From assembly GCA_965198175.1 (NCBI GenBank), contig OZ240245.1, positions 2,112,001 to 2,176,000 on the forward strand: DNA of 64,000 nt. The letters run 5' to 3'. The position numbers and the translations under genes are program-made. This stretch comes from Candidatus Poribacteria bacterium (GTDB taxonomy: Bacteria > Poribacteria > WGA-4E > PCPOR2b). A model generated the notes under the pieces. It made no database searches, was not told where the DNA came from, and worked only from the letters and a program-made list of their open reading frames with translations. Shown here in pieces: positions 32,933 through 43,018 of the stretch (position 1 is the stretch's first letter; the number at the start of each line of letters is the position of its first letter).

Positions 32933-33883
32933 TTATGGAGGCAAATTAACCAGATTGGGTTCCGGTTCAAAGTATTGGGCGAGGCTAAAATAGCGTTCGC
33001 CTGTATCAGACAGGATGGTTACAACTGTTTTGTCCCGCCCGAGTTCTTGAGCTAACTTCAGTGCGGCATACACATTCGCGCCCGATGACATGCCGACTAG
33101 CAAGCCTTCGCTTTTTGAAATCCGCTTCATCATCTGATACGCACCTTCGTCAGATACAGTCATTACGCGATCGATAATGTCGAGGTTCAACACTTCCGGA
33201 ACCATTCCAGCACCGATCCCGTCAATGCGTGTCGGGCTCGGCGTACCGCCCGATAAAACGGGAGAAATACTAGGTTCGACTGCAACGACTTGAGTATCAG
33301 GACAATGTGCCTTCAGGGTTTCCCCCACCCCTGTCAGCGTACCCCCGGTTCCCACACCGGAAACAAAAGAGTCGATGCGACAATCTAGAGCTTGCAAAAT
33401 TTCACGAGCCGTTGTTTGACGGTGAATTTCAGGATTTGCAGGATTACTGAATTGATTTGGCATGAAATGACATGAATTCCGTCTAACAATCTCTTCAGCT
33501 TCCCAGATTGCATCACCCATTCCTCCCGCTTCAGGCGTCAATACGATTTCCGCACCAAAGGCAGAAAGCAACTTATACTTTTCTTGGCTGACATTTTCGG
33601 GCATCGTTAGAATTAGGTGGTAACCCTTCGCAAGAGCAACGATCGAAAGTGCTATACCGGTATTGCCCGCTGTCGGTTCGACAATTGTGTGCCCCGGTTT
33701 GAGCAATCCACGCTTTTCGGCATCAACAATCATTGCGTAGCCGATTCGATCCTTGATGCTTCCACCGGGATTGTACGACTCTAATTTTGCAAAGATAGTC
33801 GCATCGTTCTCGCCGGTCAAATAATTCAAACGCACTAGCGGTGTGTTTCCAATCAGATCGATGATGTTTTTGGCTATCTTCAT
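32933..33883 (-). CDS. cysK: Cysteine synthase
   Basis: IGNTPL, NPGGSIKDR (PLP Lys), EPTAGNTG, GVGTGGT, DTGERY. Confidence 0.95.
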   Translation of the reverse strand: MKIAKNIIDLIGNTPLVRLNYLTGENDATIFAKLESYNPGGSIKDRIGYAMIVDAEKRGLLKPGHTIVEPTAGNTGIALSIVALAKGYHLILTMPENVSQEKYKLLSAFGAEIVLTPEAGGMGDAIWEAEEIVRRNSCHFMPNQFSNPANPEIHRQTTAREILQALDCRIDSFVSGVGTGGTLTGVGETLKAHCPDTQVVAVEPSISPVLSGGTPSPTRIDGIGAGMVPEVLNLDIIDRVMTVSDEGAYQMMKRISKSEGLLVGMSSGANVYAALKLAQELGRDKTVVTILSDTGERYFSLAQYFEPEPNLVNLPP

Positions 33884-33887
33884 GCTA

Positions 33888-34334
33888 TCAAATAGAGAAA
33901 GAGTGCATGTGCGGCGGAAGTTGTTTGTAATCCCGCGCTTTAGCGCAAAGATCTTGTAGAGTGTTTGCGTTCAAAACTTTACAAATTCCTTCTTCAATTT
34001 CCTGGAGAAGAGTTGACATGCAGAAATTTGTTGCATCGGATTGAGAGGGAGGATTGAAGCAATCCGTAAAATCAACAGGGCCATCAACGACTTTGAAAAT
34101 GTCCCCAATGTAGATTTCAGCAGGTGACAACGCCAGACTGTACCCCCCATCGGGGCCACGCTGACTCTTCGTTAAGCCTGCACGTTTGAGCTGAAGCAGA
34201 AGTTTCTCAAGAAATGGACGCGAGATGCCTTGCTTTTCGGCAAGTTTCGTGACAGAAACAAACTTTCTGTCATATTGGAAAGCCAACTCTAACATTGCTA
34301 AAACGGCATATTTCGATCGGGCAGATAGACGCAT
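33888..34334 (-). CDS. Rrf2 family transcriptional regulator (CymR/IscR-like)
   Basis: SKYAVLAMLELA, FLEKLL, SQRGPDGGY; heads the cysK operon. Confidence 0.93.
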   Translation of the reverse strand: MRLSARSKYAVLAMLELAFQYDRKFVSVTKLAEKQGISRPFLEKLLLQLKRAGLTKSQRGPDGGYSLALSPAEIYIGDIFKVVDGPVDFTDCFNPPSQSDATNFCMSTLLQEIEEGICKVLNANTLQDLCAKARDYKQLPPHMHSFSI

Positions 34335-34350
34335 ATTCTTCCCTCTCCAA

Positions 34351-34405
34351 ATTGATGACCAATTTAGTCGGATTTAAATATAACATATATAACCCGATAA
34401 GTCAA
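34351..34405 (-). promoter_or_regulatory. Promoter and Rrf2-type operator of the rrf2-cysK operon
   Basis: TTGACT(34405-34400)-N17-TATATT(34382-34377) with TG, then AAATCCGACTAAATTGGTCATCAAT (34375-34351). Confidence 0.7.
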
Positions 34406-34511
34406 ATATATTCGCAGATTGACCCACGGTGTGGTTCATTCGTCCGGTATATTGAATGTAGCTCCGGAATTAGGGATTGGGCATTCGGTTACCGTTAGCG
34501 GAGGTTACGAT

Positions 34512-36176
34512 TCACGCTTCGTCCTCAATATGCAACTGATCGACTAGATATCGTGGGTTGAGCGGTTCGCCGGTTGCGTGGCTGAGTAGTGCACTCCAAT
34601 GGAGACTAGCGCCCTGCTTGAAAACGTTCTCACGTAAGTAATCTCCCACCAACGGTCTGTTGACGTAACCTGTGACTTCAACGCTTTTTCCATTGAGAAC
34701 CTGCGAATCTATTGTGTGTTGGAGTTGGGACGCAACCATTTCTCCTACGAGATAATTATGGTAATACACCGGTGCAGCCGCAATATGAATCTTCGCTGCC
34801 CAGTCAGGTTCATTCCGACCCTCTGGCCGAGTAACGAATTGGAAGCGTTCAACCAAGGTCCACCAGAGAGTGTTCACGTCTTGATTCGGATCTCGGTACA
34901 ACTCACGTTCAAAGTGAATCATGACCATCGCCCAGCGCACAAAGATAAGAGCGCTTAATCGGAAGGATTCGATTGCTTCGGCTGTAATCGCAGCCTTCTG
35001 ATCAAGAGACAAATGGAGGGTCTTGTCCAGCCATGCTGCATTTCGAGCTAGCCTCCCCATCAACATCGCAATCGCTTCGGTCGTGATCAGATGTGACGGC
35101 GTCCGCAGCAGGAATGGAAGCGAGGCATCCAAAAATTTATCGTAGACTGCGTGCCCGTATTCATGCAGCAAGGTTTCCATCCACCTTCTGGTTGGCTTAG
35201 TATTCGCCAGGACTCGGACCTCTGCCTTCCTGTCTATATGAATGCAGAAGGCGTGTTGATCCTTCTGGGGACGTTCAAAGAGATCGCTCTTCTCAATCAG
35301 ATCATCAATGGAAAGCCCCAACCCTTGATAAAATTCTCTCGTTATCGCCACCACATCGCGATTCGCAAATAAGGCATTAAAGTTAACTTCACTTACATCA
35401 GGTGCTTCTTGAAAGAATGGATCAGCATAGTGCCAAGGACGGAGATTTTCCACTGGAATTCTGAAGCGTTCCGCAAGTTCTCGATCTAATTTCCCTTTCA
35501 CGCGGCGAAACGGCTCGTTTGTTAACGTTTCCAATCGGGTCACTATTTCGAACAGTTCATCCTCATCCACCTCACTGAGCCTCAAGGACATCTGATAATG
35601 GTCATCAAAACCAACGGTGCGGGCAGCTTGATTGCGTCGATGGACTAAAGCAATGATGTCGTCTGCGACTTTACGCCCCACCTGCTTGCTTCCTTCCCAT
35701 ACCGCCCGCCGTTTCGTGTTCTCACTTTCTTCCTTCAGCACCTCAAGAATCTCGTTATCGGTCATCTCAACACCATCAACAACCGCCCGATGGGTGTTGA
35801 AGACCTGCTCAATGGCGGTCTGACGTTTAACCAAATCTTCAATCATCTCTGGCGGAAGTTGATGTGAGGTAAATTCCAAGATGAGCAACTGTAACTGCCG
35901 CTGGAGATGAGGAGCTTTTATGCGGTTTGCCCCTTGAAAGGCTTTGAGCCGTTCAAAGCGAGTCCGATCTGAGAAAACGAGGCGGTATTGTGTCTCAAGT
36001 TCGGCGAATTTCTGCGTTGCCTCACCAGAGCCTGTTAAGCTCGCCTCCCAATAACTTTCGTGCAACGCTTTCTCAATAGGTTCAATCTCTGCGACCAATT
36101 GATTAATGAACGCTTGCAACTGTGGTTCCATCTGATACTCCTCGATCGGGAATTTAGAATTGAGCTGGGTTGTCAT
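34512..36176 (-). CDS. M3/M2-type zinc oligopeptidase
   Basis: HEYGH, TEAIA, WAAKIH, PVYYHNY. Confidence 0.88.
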   Translation of the reverse strand: MTTQLNSKFPIEEYQMEPQLQAFINQLVAEIEPIEKALHESYWEASLTGSGEATQKFAELETQYRLVFSDRTRFERLKAFQGANRIKAPHLQRQLQLLILEFTSHQLPPEMIEDLVKRQTAIEQVFNTHRAVVDGVEMTDNEILEVLKEESENTKRRAVWEGSKQVGRKVADDIIALVHRRNQAARTVGFDDHYQMSLRLSEVDEDELFEIVTRLETLTNEPFRRVKGKLDRELAERFRIPVENLRPWHYADPFFQEAPDVSEVNFNALFANRDVVAITREFYQGLGLSIDDLIEKSDLFERPQKDQHAFCIHIDRKAEVRVLANTKPTRRWMETLLHEYGHAVYDKFLDASLPFLLRTPSHLITTEAIAMLMGRLARNAAWLDKTLHLSLDQKAAITAEAIESFRLSALIFVRWAMVMIHFERELYRDPNQDVNTLWWTLVERFQFVTRPEGRNEPDWAAKIHIAAAPVYYHNYLVGEMVASQLQHTIDSQVLNGKSVEVTGYVNRPLVGDYLRENVFKQGASLHWSALLSHATGEPLNPRYLVDQLHIEDEA

Positions 36177-36539
36177 AAAGATATGATGATATTATCAAAT
36201 TGAACAATGTCGCCGAATCTTCAGTGTAATGTGTCACGGCTGCGGGACATGAAAGCAGGAGCATAATTGGTGGGAACAACTGGTCATACCGTGGCAATCT
36301 TGGAATCTAGTCTCTCGGTGGGAGAGTCATGACTAGCCTTGAAAAGCAGCACGCAATGTCAATATCGAATGTGTGTGAAGAGGATTCCGGACTTCATAGA
36401 GACGTATTGGCTTTTATCGGATTTGCTGCAAATGCGTACGATTGCTCGCTCAATTCTCCCCAGAGTAATTAGACTTAATGGGAAGTTGGGTTGCCTTCTG
36501 ACTTAGCGGAATGCCACTACCACAATGCTCACGAAAAGC

Positions 36540-38489
36540 TTATTGTGAGTCGTTAGGTTTGGGGCTCAACCGACTATATTTTTGTATCACCGCTTGCAGA
36601 CGGTCCAAGGGGATAGCGTGGATGGTGTTTCCGTTTCTTCCGATAGTGGTTACTGCCGTGGTCATCGAGTTAATAATAGCCTCTTCCGTAGCTTCAATGG
36701 TAGCTTGATAAAGGGCGTCCATACCGCTGTTCGAAAGCATCATGACAGGAAACGCGCCGCTTTCTGTGCGGCGTGGGATTGTGTTGGTTGTCGAGAAAGC
36801 GATAACGAATTCACCGCTGCTGACGGTACTCGGCGTGCCAGTACGTGCGAGCCCAAACGCTCCTCGCTTTGCCACATGAGAGAGTTGACGATGAGTTAAC
36901 GGGGCATCCGTCGCAATAACGATGATGAATGAACCGTCCTGACCCCACTCCGGTTGAAAGTCTGTAATCTCTTGACCTACAGGAATACCATTGATGCGCA
37001 GTTGTGCACGGCGGCCACCGTTGGAATTGACCAGCACGCCCACGGTATATCCTCCCCTATCCGCTGGCAGCACACGCGAAGCTGTGCCGATGCCCGCCTT
37101 GAATCCGTAGCATCGCATGCCGGTCCCCGCTCCGACACAGCCTTCTGAGACGGGCCCATCAGCAGCGCTTTCAATCGCTTCGATTGCATGTTCGGCGAGG
37201 ACATGGAGCCCGCTGATATCGTTCAGTCCGCCATCGTAACACTCGGCTACAATTGGTAGAATGATGTGATTTTTCGGATAGCGTTTAATCATGTACCGCA
37301 CAACGCCATTGTGAACGGGTCCAACGCTTAGTGTATTCGTCAGCATAATTGGCGACTCGATCCATCCTGCTTCGTTTACCCATGCGATTCCTGTTGCCTC
37401 GCCGTTTCCATTGATAATGTGGCTTGCCCCGAACAGCTTTTTGGTCCAAATATCGTTACGCGGAATAACCGCGGTGACGCCTGTCCGCACACTATCCCCA
37501 TAGTTCAGCGTGACGTGACCAACCTTCACCCCTGTAACATCCGTGATGGCGTTGTATCTGCCGGTTTCATAGATACCGATTTGGATTCCGAGGTCACGTG
37601 CGCGCAATCGTCCTTCAGGGACAATTCCACTTTCAGTGGAAATAGGGTTGATTAACTCTGGCTTACCAGCACGCAGCCACGCTGTATACCAGTAACTTGC
37701 AGTTGCTGTTGCCGCATCGCTCATCCGTTTTTCCGATATCCACCCACCGAATCGGAAGAGTTTTTCCAGATAGGCTTCACCGTAGTCAGCTTCGCCTGAT
37801 TTTGCACGGAGATCTGAATGCAACAGATTGTCAGCATAGACATAACTATCGAGAATAATGCCGAAGGCATGTTCCAACAGGTCCTCAATCTCCTCTGCTT
37901 TTTCCGGTTCTAGTTCAATTTGCGAAGCATACGTGTCAACCATGTCAATCTCAAAGCGTCCATGCACTCCCTTCTGGTTTGTCAACTGACCGTCGTGATT
38001 TTCGACGACATGCAGCGGCATATGAATATCCTCGACGTAGTGGGCGAGGGCAGCCGCAACTTGCGCAATTGTTTCATGATTGCCGGATTTCATAGATTCG
38101 GACAGTTTTTTAGCGTATTCTTCGATACGCCACGGCACAAGTCCGCGTTCTGTCACTGTTTCAATGCCAAATTTTGCAATCGCTTCATTGTACTTGTGAG
38201 GTAGTTCCTCAAACGGATAGAACCCATACATATCAATATCGAGATAGTGCCGGGGGCGTTCGTCGGCGTCGTCCTTTTTCCATCGATCTGGATCGTTTGA
38301 ATGATAAGCGAGTTTCTTGCGGTGTGCCACAAAAAAGCCTCCAATCTCCTGAGGCAACACATCACATGCAGCATCGGTCATTCTTTCATGGGCGTTGATG
38401 CCCCAGGAAAACGCTTGGGGGCAATCGCAAGCAATCGAAGCAACACAAAGGAATGTTAAAATGGAGATGTACCGGATATTTGATTTCAT
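36540..38489 (-). CDS. Fusion of S1/P1 nuclease / Zn-phospholipase C-like domain and DmpA (peptidase S58) domain, secreted
   Basis: Signal peptide, then WGINAH, DPD, RHYLD, HYVEDIHMPLH, HGRFE. Second half: RARDLG, NAITDVTGVKVGH, RTGVT, ECYDG, EGCVGAGTG, DGSFII. Confidence 0.85.
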   Translation of the reverse strand: MKSNIRYISILTFLCVASIACDCPQAFSWGINAHERMTDAACDVLPQEIGGFFVAHRKKLAYHSNDPDRWKKDDADERPRHYLDIDMYGFYPFEELPHKYNEAIAKFGIETVTERGLVPWRIEEYAKKLSESMKSGNHETIAQVAAALAHYVEDIHMPLHVVENHDGQLTNQKGVHGRFEIDMVDTYASQIELEPEKAEEIEDLLEHAFGIILDSYVYADNLLHSDLRAKSGEADYGEAYLEKLFRFGGWISEKRMSDAATATASYWYTAWLRAGKPELINPISTESGIVPEGRLRARDLGIQIGIYETGRYNAITDVTGVKVGHVTLNYGDSVRTGVTAVIPRNDIWTKKLFGASHIINGNGEATGIAWVNEAGWIESPIMLTNTLSVGPVHNGVVRYMIKRYPKNHIILPIVAECYDGGLNDISGLHVLAEHAIEAIESAADGPVSEGCVGAGTGMRCYGFKAGIGTASRVLPADRGGYTVGVLVNSNGGRRAQLRINGIPVGQEITDFQPEWGQDGSFIIVIATDAPLTHRQLSHVAKRGAFGLARTGTPSTVSSGEFVIAFSTTNTIPRRTESGAFPVMMLSNSGMDALYQATIEATEEAIINSMTTAVTTIGRNGNTIHAIPLDRLQAVIQKYSRLSPKPNDSQ

Positions 38490-38504
38490 AAGTGCCTACA
38501 ATTA

Positions 38505-39071
38505 TTAAATCAGATCTGTGTCTATACCGCTGGCTTTGATTTGTGCCATGTAGATTCCGCGAATGTGGTTAAAGATGTCAATATAGACCTGCGTTCGATA
38601 ATCGGGATAAGTCCATTCCCAGGAATGGAAAGTTTTACGGTGAAATCGCAGGGTGATTTCACCGTATATTCCTTGCTGAAGATAAATACGGTGTGCGTGA
38701 TCTTTTGTCGAGGCAAGCACTAGTTTGGAAGCCGAAATATAACCTGGATCAAGATTAACCTGACGGAATTCGGTATCAGCTTGCGCAAATTCTCTCTCGA
38801 CGGCATTAGAAAAAAGTTTCGTTGAGGAAAGTTCGTCGGGCGCAATTAACGTTTCAAAACTCACGAACTGGCGGTGTAGCCCTTTTCCCATTTCCGCTTC
38901 ATAATAGGTTGTATGATTAAATGGGAGTAGGGGGCTGGTAAAATCAATCTGCCCAAATCGTTCTGTTAGGCGTCGATATGCCTCCTCCAGCAGATTTGGG
39001 ATTCCTGTAAGAACGCCGAACATGAGCTTGACAGGTTGGTAAGGTTTAATCTGCCCCATATTAGTGTCCAT
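38505..39071 (-). CDS. DUF4416 family protein
   Basis: YYEAEMG, RQVNLDPGY, LASTKDHAHRIYL, WTYPDY. Confidence 0.9.
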   Translation of the reverse strand: MDTNMGQIKPYQPVKLMFGVLTGIPNLLEEAYRRLTERFGQIDFTSPLLPFNHTTYYEAEMGKGLHRQFVSFETLIAPDELSSTKLFSNAVEREFAQADTEFRQVNLDPGYISASKLVLASTKDHAHRIYLQQGIYGEITLRFHRKTFHSWEWTYPDYRTQVYIDIFNHIRGIYMAQIKASGIDTDLI

Positions 39072-39253
39072 CTAGTTTAGATTAAGGGCTCTCCTTCTCT
39101 TCACACACCTCAGGAATTATATCACTATGCGATCCCTTGCGATGCTGATTAGTATAGCAGTCCTTAATTAACGCGTTAACAATCTTCCAAATCTGTCTTA
39201 GCGGGTTTTTGCGATTCAGGAGAGGTCGTTGACTAAATTTCATAAATGCAAAT

Positions 39254-39288
39254 AAAGAAGGCTAGGGAGTAAACCTAGCCTTCTTTTT
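39254..39288. terminator. Hairpin terminator downstream of dnaK (possibly bidirectional)
   Basis: AAAGAAGGCTAGG-gagtaaa-CCTAGCCTTCTTT, 13-bp stem with A/T flanks. Confidence 0.75.
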
Positions 39289-39382
39289 GTACTGGAACCA
39301 CATACTACTTTGTTAAGGGGGAGAATCTTCGTAAGTGGAGGTTTGCGAGTTTGCGGTAAATCAAATAAAGGCAAACCTCTAT

Positions 39383-41338
39383 CTACGCATTGCGCTCCTT
39401 TTTGTCCTCGTCAACGACTTCGTAGTCAGCGTCGATGACTTCACCTTCAGTTGATGAAGTTGTTTGCCCACCCTCATCCGTTGGAGCGCTGCGATAAGGT
39501 GGAGGCTCCGAAGAAGATTCCGTTTCGGTGGAAGCTGCCTGTTTGTAGAGTTCAGCCGAAGCCTGATGCCAAACCTGCGTCAAGTCCTCAGTTGCAGATT
39601 TAATGCCTTCAATGTTGTCCGCTTTTAAGGCTTCCTTGAGCCGTTCAACGGCGCCCTCCACCTGGGTTTTCAGGGTAGCATCTATCTTGTCACTGAACTC
39701 TTTGAGATTTTTCTCTGTTTCATAGACAAGAGAGTCGCCCCTGTGGCGTACCTCAAACTCTTCGCGTTTGCGCTGATCTTCGTCTGCATGGGCTTCTGCA
39801 TCTTTTACCATCTGTTGGATTTCTGCTTCGGACAGACCGGAGGACGCTGTAATAGTAATCTTCTGCTCCTTACCCGTTGCGAGATCTTTTGCCGAAACGT
39901 TGAGGATTCCATTTGCATCAATGTCAAATGTGACTTCGATTTGCGGTACGCCACGCGGCGCCGGCGGAATACCATCTAGTCGGAAACGACCGATTGTTTT
40001 GTTGTAGACTGCTTGTTCGCGTTCGCCCTGTAAAACATGCACATCTACAGATGGCTGATTGTCTTCTGGCGTTGTAAAGATCTGTGACTTCCGAGTTGGG
40101 ATGGTGGTGTTCCGTTCGATTAGTTTAGTGAACATACTTCCCAGCGTCTCAATTCCCAGGGATAATGGTGTCACATCAAGCAGCAGGATATCTTTAACCT
40201 CGGAATCGCCGGAGAGGATGCCGCCCTGAATTCCTGCGCCCACCGCTACAACCTCATCGGGATTAACGCCCTTATGTGGTTCTCTGCCGAAAAGTTTCTC
40301 CACCGCCTCTTGCACTTTCGGCATCCGCGTTTGACCGCCTACCAAGATGACTTCATCAATATCCGCAGCTGACAAGTCTGAATCCGCAATGGCTTTTCGA
40401 CACGGTTCAAGTGTTCGTTCAATGAGTTCATCAGTGAGTTGTTCTAATTTTGCGCGGGTTAGGGGTATGTTCAGATGTTTGGGACCACTTGCATCAGCGG
40501 TGATAAAAGGCAGATTAATATCTGATTGCATAGCGCTTGAAAGCTCACATTTCGCCTTCTCAGCGGCTTCTTTCAGCCTTTGTAATGCCATTGTATCTTT
40601 TCGCAAGTCTATGCCCTGTTCACGCTGAAACTCATCAGCGAGCCAGTCAATGATCTTCTGATCGAAGTCGTCGCCGCCGAGATGGGTGTCGCCGTTGGTA
40701 CTCTTCACTTCAAAAACACCCTCACCAATCTCTAGGATAGAGATGTCAAATGTACCGCCTCCGAGATCGTAAACGGCAATTTTCAAATCCTTTTTGTTTT
40801 GGAGTCCATAAGCCAATGATGCAGCGGTAGGTTCATTGATAATCCGCATCACCTCCAACCCCGCAATTTTACCGGCGTCTTTTGTGGCTTGTCGTTGGGC
40901 GTCGTTAAAATAAGCTGGAACGGTAATAACAGCTTGATCCACCTTTTCACCAAGGTAATTTTCGGCGGTCTCTTTCATCTTTTGCAGAATCATCGCGGAT
41001 ATTTCAGGCGCCGAGTAATCTTTATTTTGAATTTTGACAGCCAAATCCCCATTCTTACCGCTTGCAACTTCGTAAGGAATGCGATTTAGTTCTTCACCAA
41101 CCTCGCCATATTTCCTTCCCATGAACCGTTTAATGGAGAAAATTGTATGTTTTGGATTGGTAATTCCTTGGCGTTTCGCAACTTGCCCAACCAACCGCTC
41201 TCCATCTTTTGTGAATGCCACAACAGATGGGGTTGTTCTGGTACCTTCGGTGTTTTCTATAACTTTTGGATCGCCGCCCTCTAAAATCGCAACGCACGAA
41301 TTTGTTGTTCCTAAATCAATTCCGATTACTTTACCCAT
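39383..41338 (-). CDS. dnaK: Chaperone DnaK
   Basis: [28 protein letters not shown]-terminal VIDADYE. Confidence 0.99.
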   Translation of the reverse strand: MGKVIGIDLGTTNSCVAILEGGDPKVIENTEGTRTTPSVVAFTKDGERLVGQVAKRQGITNPKHTIFSIKRFMGRKYGEVGEELNRIPYEVASGKNGDLAVKIQNKDYSAPEISAMILQKMKETAENYLGEKVDQAVITVPAYFNDAQRQATKDAGKIAGLEVMRIINEPTAASLAYGLQNKKDLKIAVYDLGGGTFDISILEIGEGVFEVKSTNGDTHLGGDDFDQKIIDWLADEFQREQGIDLRKDTMALQRLKEAAEKAKCELSSAMQSDINLPFITADASGPKHLNIPLTRAKLEQLTDELIERTLEPCRKAIADSDLSAADIDEVILVGGQTRMPKVQEAVEKLFGREPHKGVNPDEVVAVGAGIQGGILSGDSEVKDILLLDVTPLSLGIETLGSMFTKLIERNTTIPTRKSQIFTTPEDNQPSVDVHVLQGEREQAVYNKTIGRFRLDGIPPAPRGVPQIEVTFDIDANGILNVSAKDLATGKEQKITITASSGLSEAEIQQMVKDAEAHADEDQRKREEFEVRHRGDSLVYETEKNLKEFSDKIDATLKTQVEGAVERLKEALKADNIEGIKSATEDLTQVWHQASAELYKQAASTETESSSEPPPYRSAPTDEGGQTTSSTEGEVIDADYEVVDEDKKERNA

Positions 41339-41422
41339 TTTAAAAATCCTCCTCTAAAAGCGTTTGAATCGAATGTGTCTGTTGTACGAAAGCAACTTTG
41401 TGTCAACGATTCATAGATTTCA

Positions 41423-41884
41423 TTATTTAATTATCCGGATCCATCGAAAAAAAATAGATCTCTTCACCTGAATTGTACGAGTGATAGTACGGGAGCCTGA
41501 TGCCCACTGTTGTTGAAAATCCAACGCTCGCGAAACAAATTGCAGTAGTTGCGGTAATTTGATCGGTTTCGCAATGAAGGTGTAGGCACCAGCCTCAAAG
41601 ACATCAAGCTTTAGACATTGTGACGTGTTTGCACTCATAATTATAACGGGTACGCCGGGTTGCAATTGTTTAATCTGCTGAAGCAATTCCAATCCCGTTG
41701 TATCCGGGAGATTGAAGTCGAGGATGGCAAGATCGACCACATTCGCCTCAACACGCTGCATCGCTTCATATCCGCTCTGTGCGGACACAATTTGGTAACC
41801 GGCGCGCGTTAAAACCTCACACAACACGCTCAAAGAGGAGATGTCATCATCAACCAAGAGAATTTGATTGATATGACCGAGCAC
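41423..41884 (-). CDS. Single-domain response regulator (receiver) with short C-terminal tail
   Basis: ILLVDDD, LDFNLP, MSA, KP; GGAGG RBS before GTG. Confidence 0.9.
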   Translation of the reverse strand: MLGHINQILLVDDDISSLSVLCEVLTRAGYQIVSAQSGYEAMQRVEANVVDLAILDFNLPDTTGLELLQQIKQLQPGVPVIIMSANTSQCLKLDVFEAGAYTFIAKPIKLPQLLQFVSRALDFQQQWASGSRTITRTIQVKRSIFFRWIRIIK

Positions 41885-42158
41885 GACTTACCTCCCTCTC
41901 TTATTGTCACACGCAACGCATTCAGGTAAAGGATTGGGACTCTAGGGGATTTCTTCTTAAGTCCCAGCTTTCCGATCCATTGAAGTTTCTAGATTCCCGC
42001 AAATATTAATGCTTCCAGCATTCTGTGGGTTATGACGATTTGGCTCACAGCCGACTGAACCCGCCAACCCTACTATATCCCATCCCGATTCTCAATCAGA
42101 CAGACTAAACATACAGATTGATCGGAAGCATTAACAAATTCTTATGCGACCGATTCAC

Positions 42159-42175
42159 AGCAATATGTGTGCCAA
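42159..42175 (-). promoter_or_regulatory. sigma54 (-24/-12) promoter
   Basis: Minus strand reads TTGGCACACATATTGCT, i.e. TGGCAC-N5-TTGC (GG-N10-GC). Confidence 0.75.
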
Positions 42176-42314
42176 CAGGATATCAGGAAAAGCAACGTCG
42201 AGGTGTTAAGTTATTGCTCGACACTTTTTGATATGTTATAGCATCAATCCAGAGTTTGTGTTGATTTGAGGCGGAGCCGAATTAGATTTATGGATGCCCA
42301 GATATATCGGCAGA

Positions 42315-42360
42315 TGTCATATTGACAATATCGTGTTTTCCGGCTTCTGTCAATATGGCG
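42315..42360. promoter_or_regulatory. Paired enhancer-like palindromes (candidate bEBP UAS)
   Basis: TGTCATATTGACA (42315-42327) and TGTCAATATGGCG (42348-42360), 33 bp apart. Confidence 0.55.
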
Positions 42361-42364
42361 CATT

Positions 42365-42709
42365 CTATGATTGCACATGCGTTAGCGCATCATCTTCAGT
42401 ATCGTACACTTTGAAAACACGATCCAGTTTGGTAATGGTTAACAGATATTTAACTGATGTGCCAACGTCTGATAGTACAAGCTGGATCTGACGCCGCATT
42501 AACGAGGTGTAGCAGGCGACAAGCATGCCTAACCCAACACTGTCCATCAATCCAACTCCTTTGAGATTCAACACGATACCTTTAGAGCCACCGTCGGCGA
42601 GTTCTTGGATTTTTTCGTTTAACTTGATTCGATCGTCCCCGAGAATATCCCCCGAAAGCCTGAGGATGGCATCGTCTTTATTGTATTTAACTGTAAACTC
42701 CATGATCAA
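42365..42709 (-). CDS. STAS domain anti-sigma factor antagonist
   Basis: LRLSGDI, LNLKGVGLMDSVGLG, ITKLDRVF. Confidence 0.92.
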   Translation of the reverse strand: MIMEFTVKYNKDDAILRLSGDILGDDRIKLNEKIQELADGGSKGIVLNLKGVGLMDSVGLGMLVACYTSLMRRQIQLVLSDVGTSVKYLLTITKLDRVFKVYDTEDDALTHVQS

Positions 42710-43018
42710 TCCTCCATCTTGAGACAGTTTATCACAGCATCATATTGAGTGTCAATTGCTTTTTGGTTCTGTCTGTATTAAGCGTGTGTCACAGCACCAC
42801 TGCCAATCATGGCATAGCTATGCGTTTGGCTCAAGGGATAATCGGTGTTTCGACTAATCATTCGCCTCCGCCAAAAAGTTGACGTTGATGTTACGAATAA
42901 TATCTGATAGACTGTTACGGCGGTTGAGCGTATTGGGATTTCCTCAATCTCGCACGATTTTCCGTTATAAGCCGGTTGGTATCAAGTATCATTCGTACGA
43001 GTTTTCTAGGAGATATTA

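Noticed and set aside
41391..41406. Second sigma54-like site TTGACACAAAGTTGCT upstream of dnaK
   Set aside because: Lacks the invariant GG, and the spacing is one base short.
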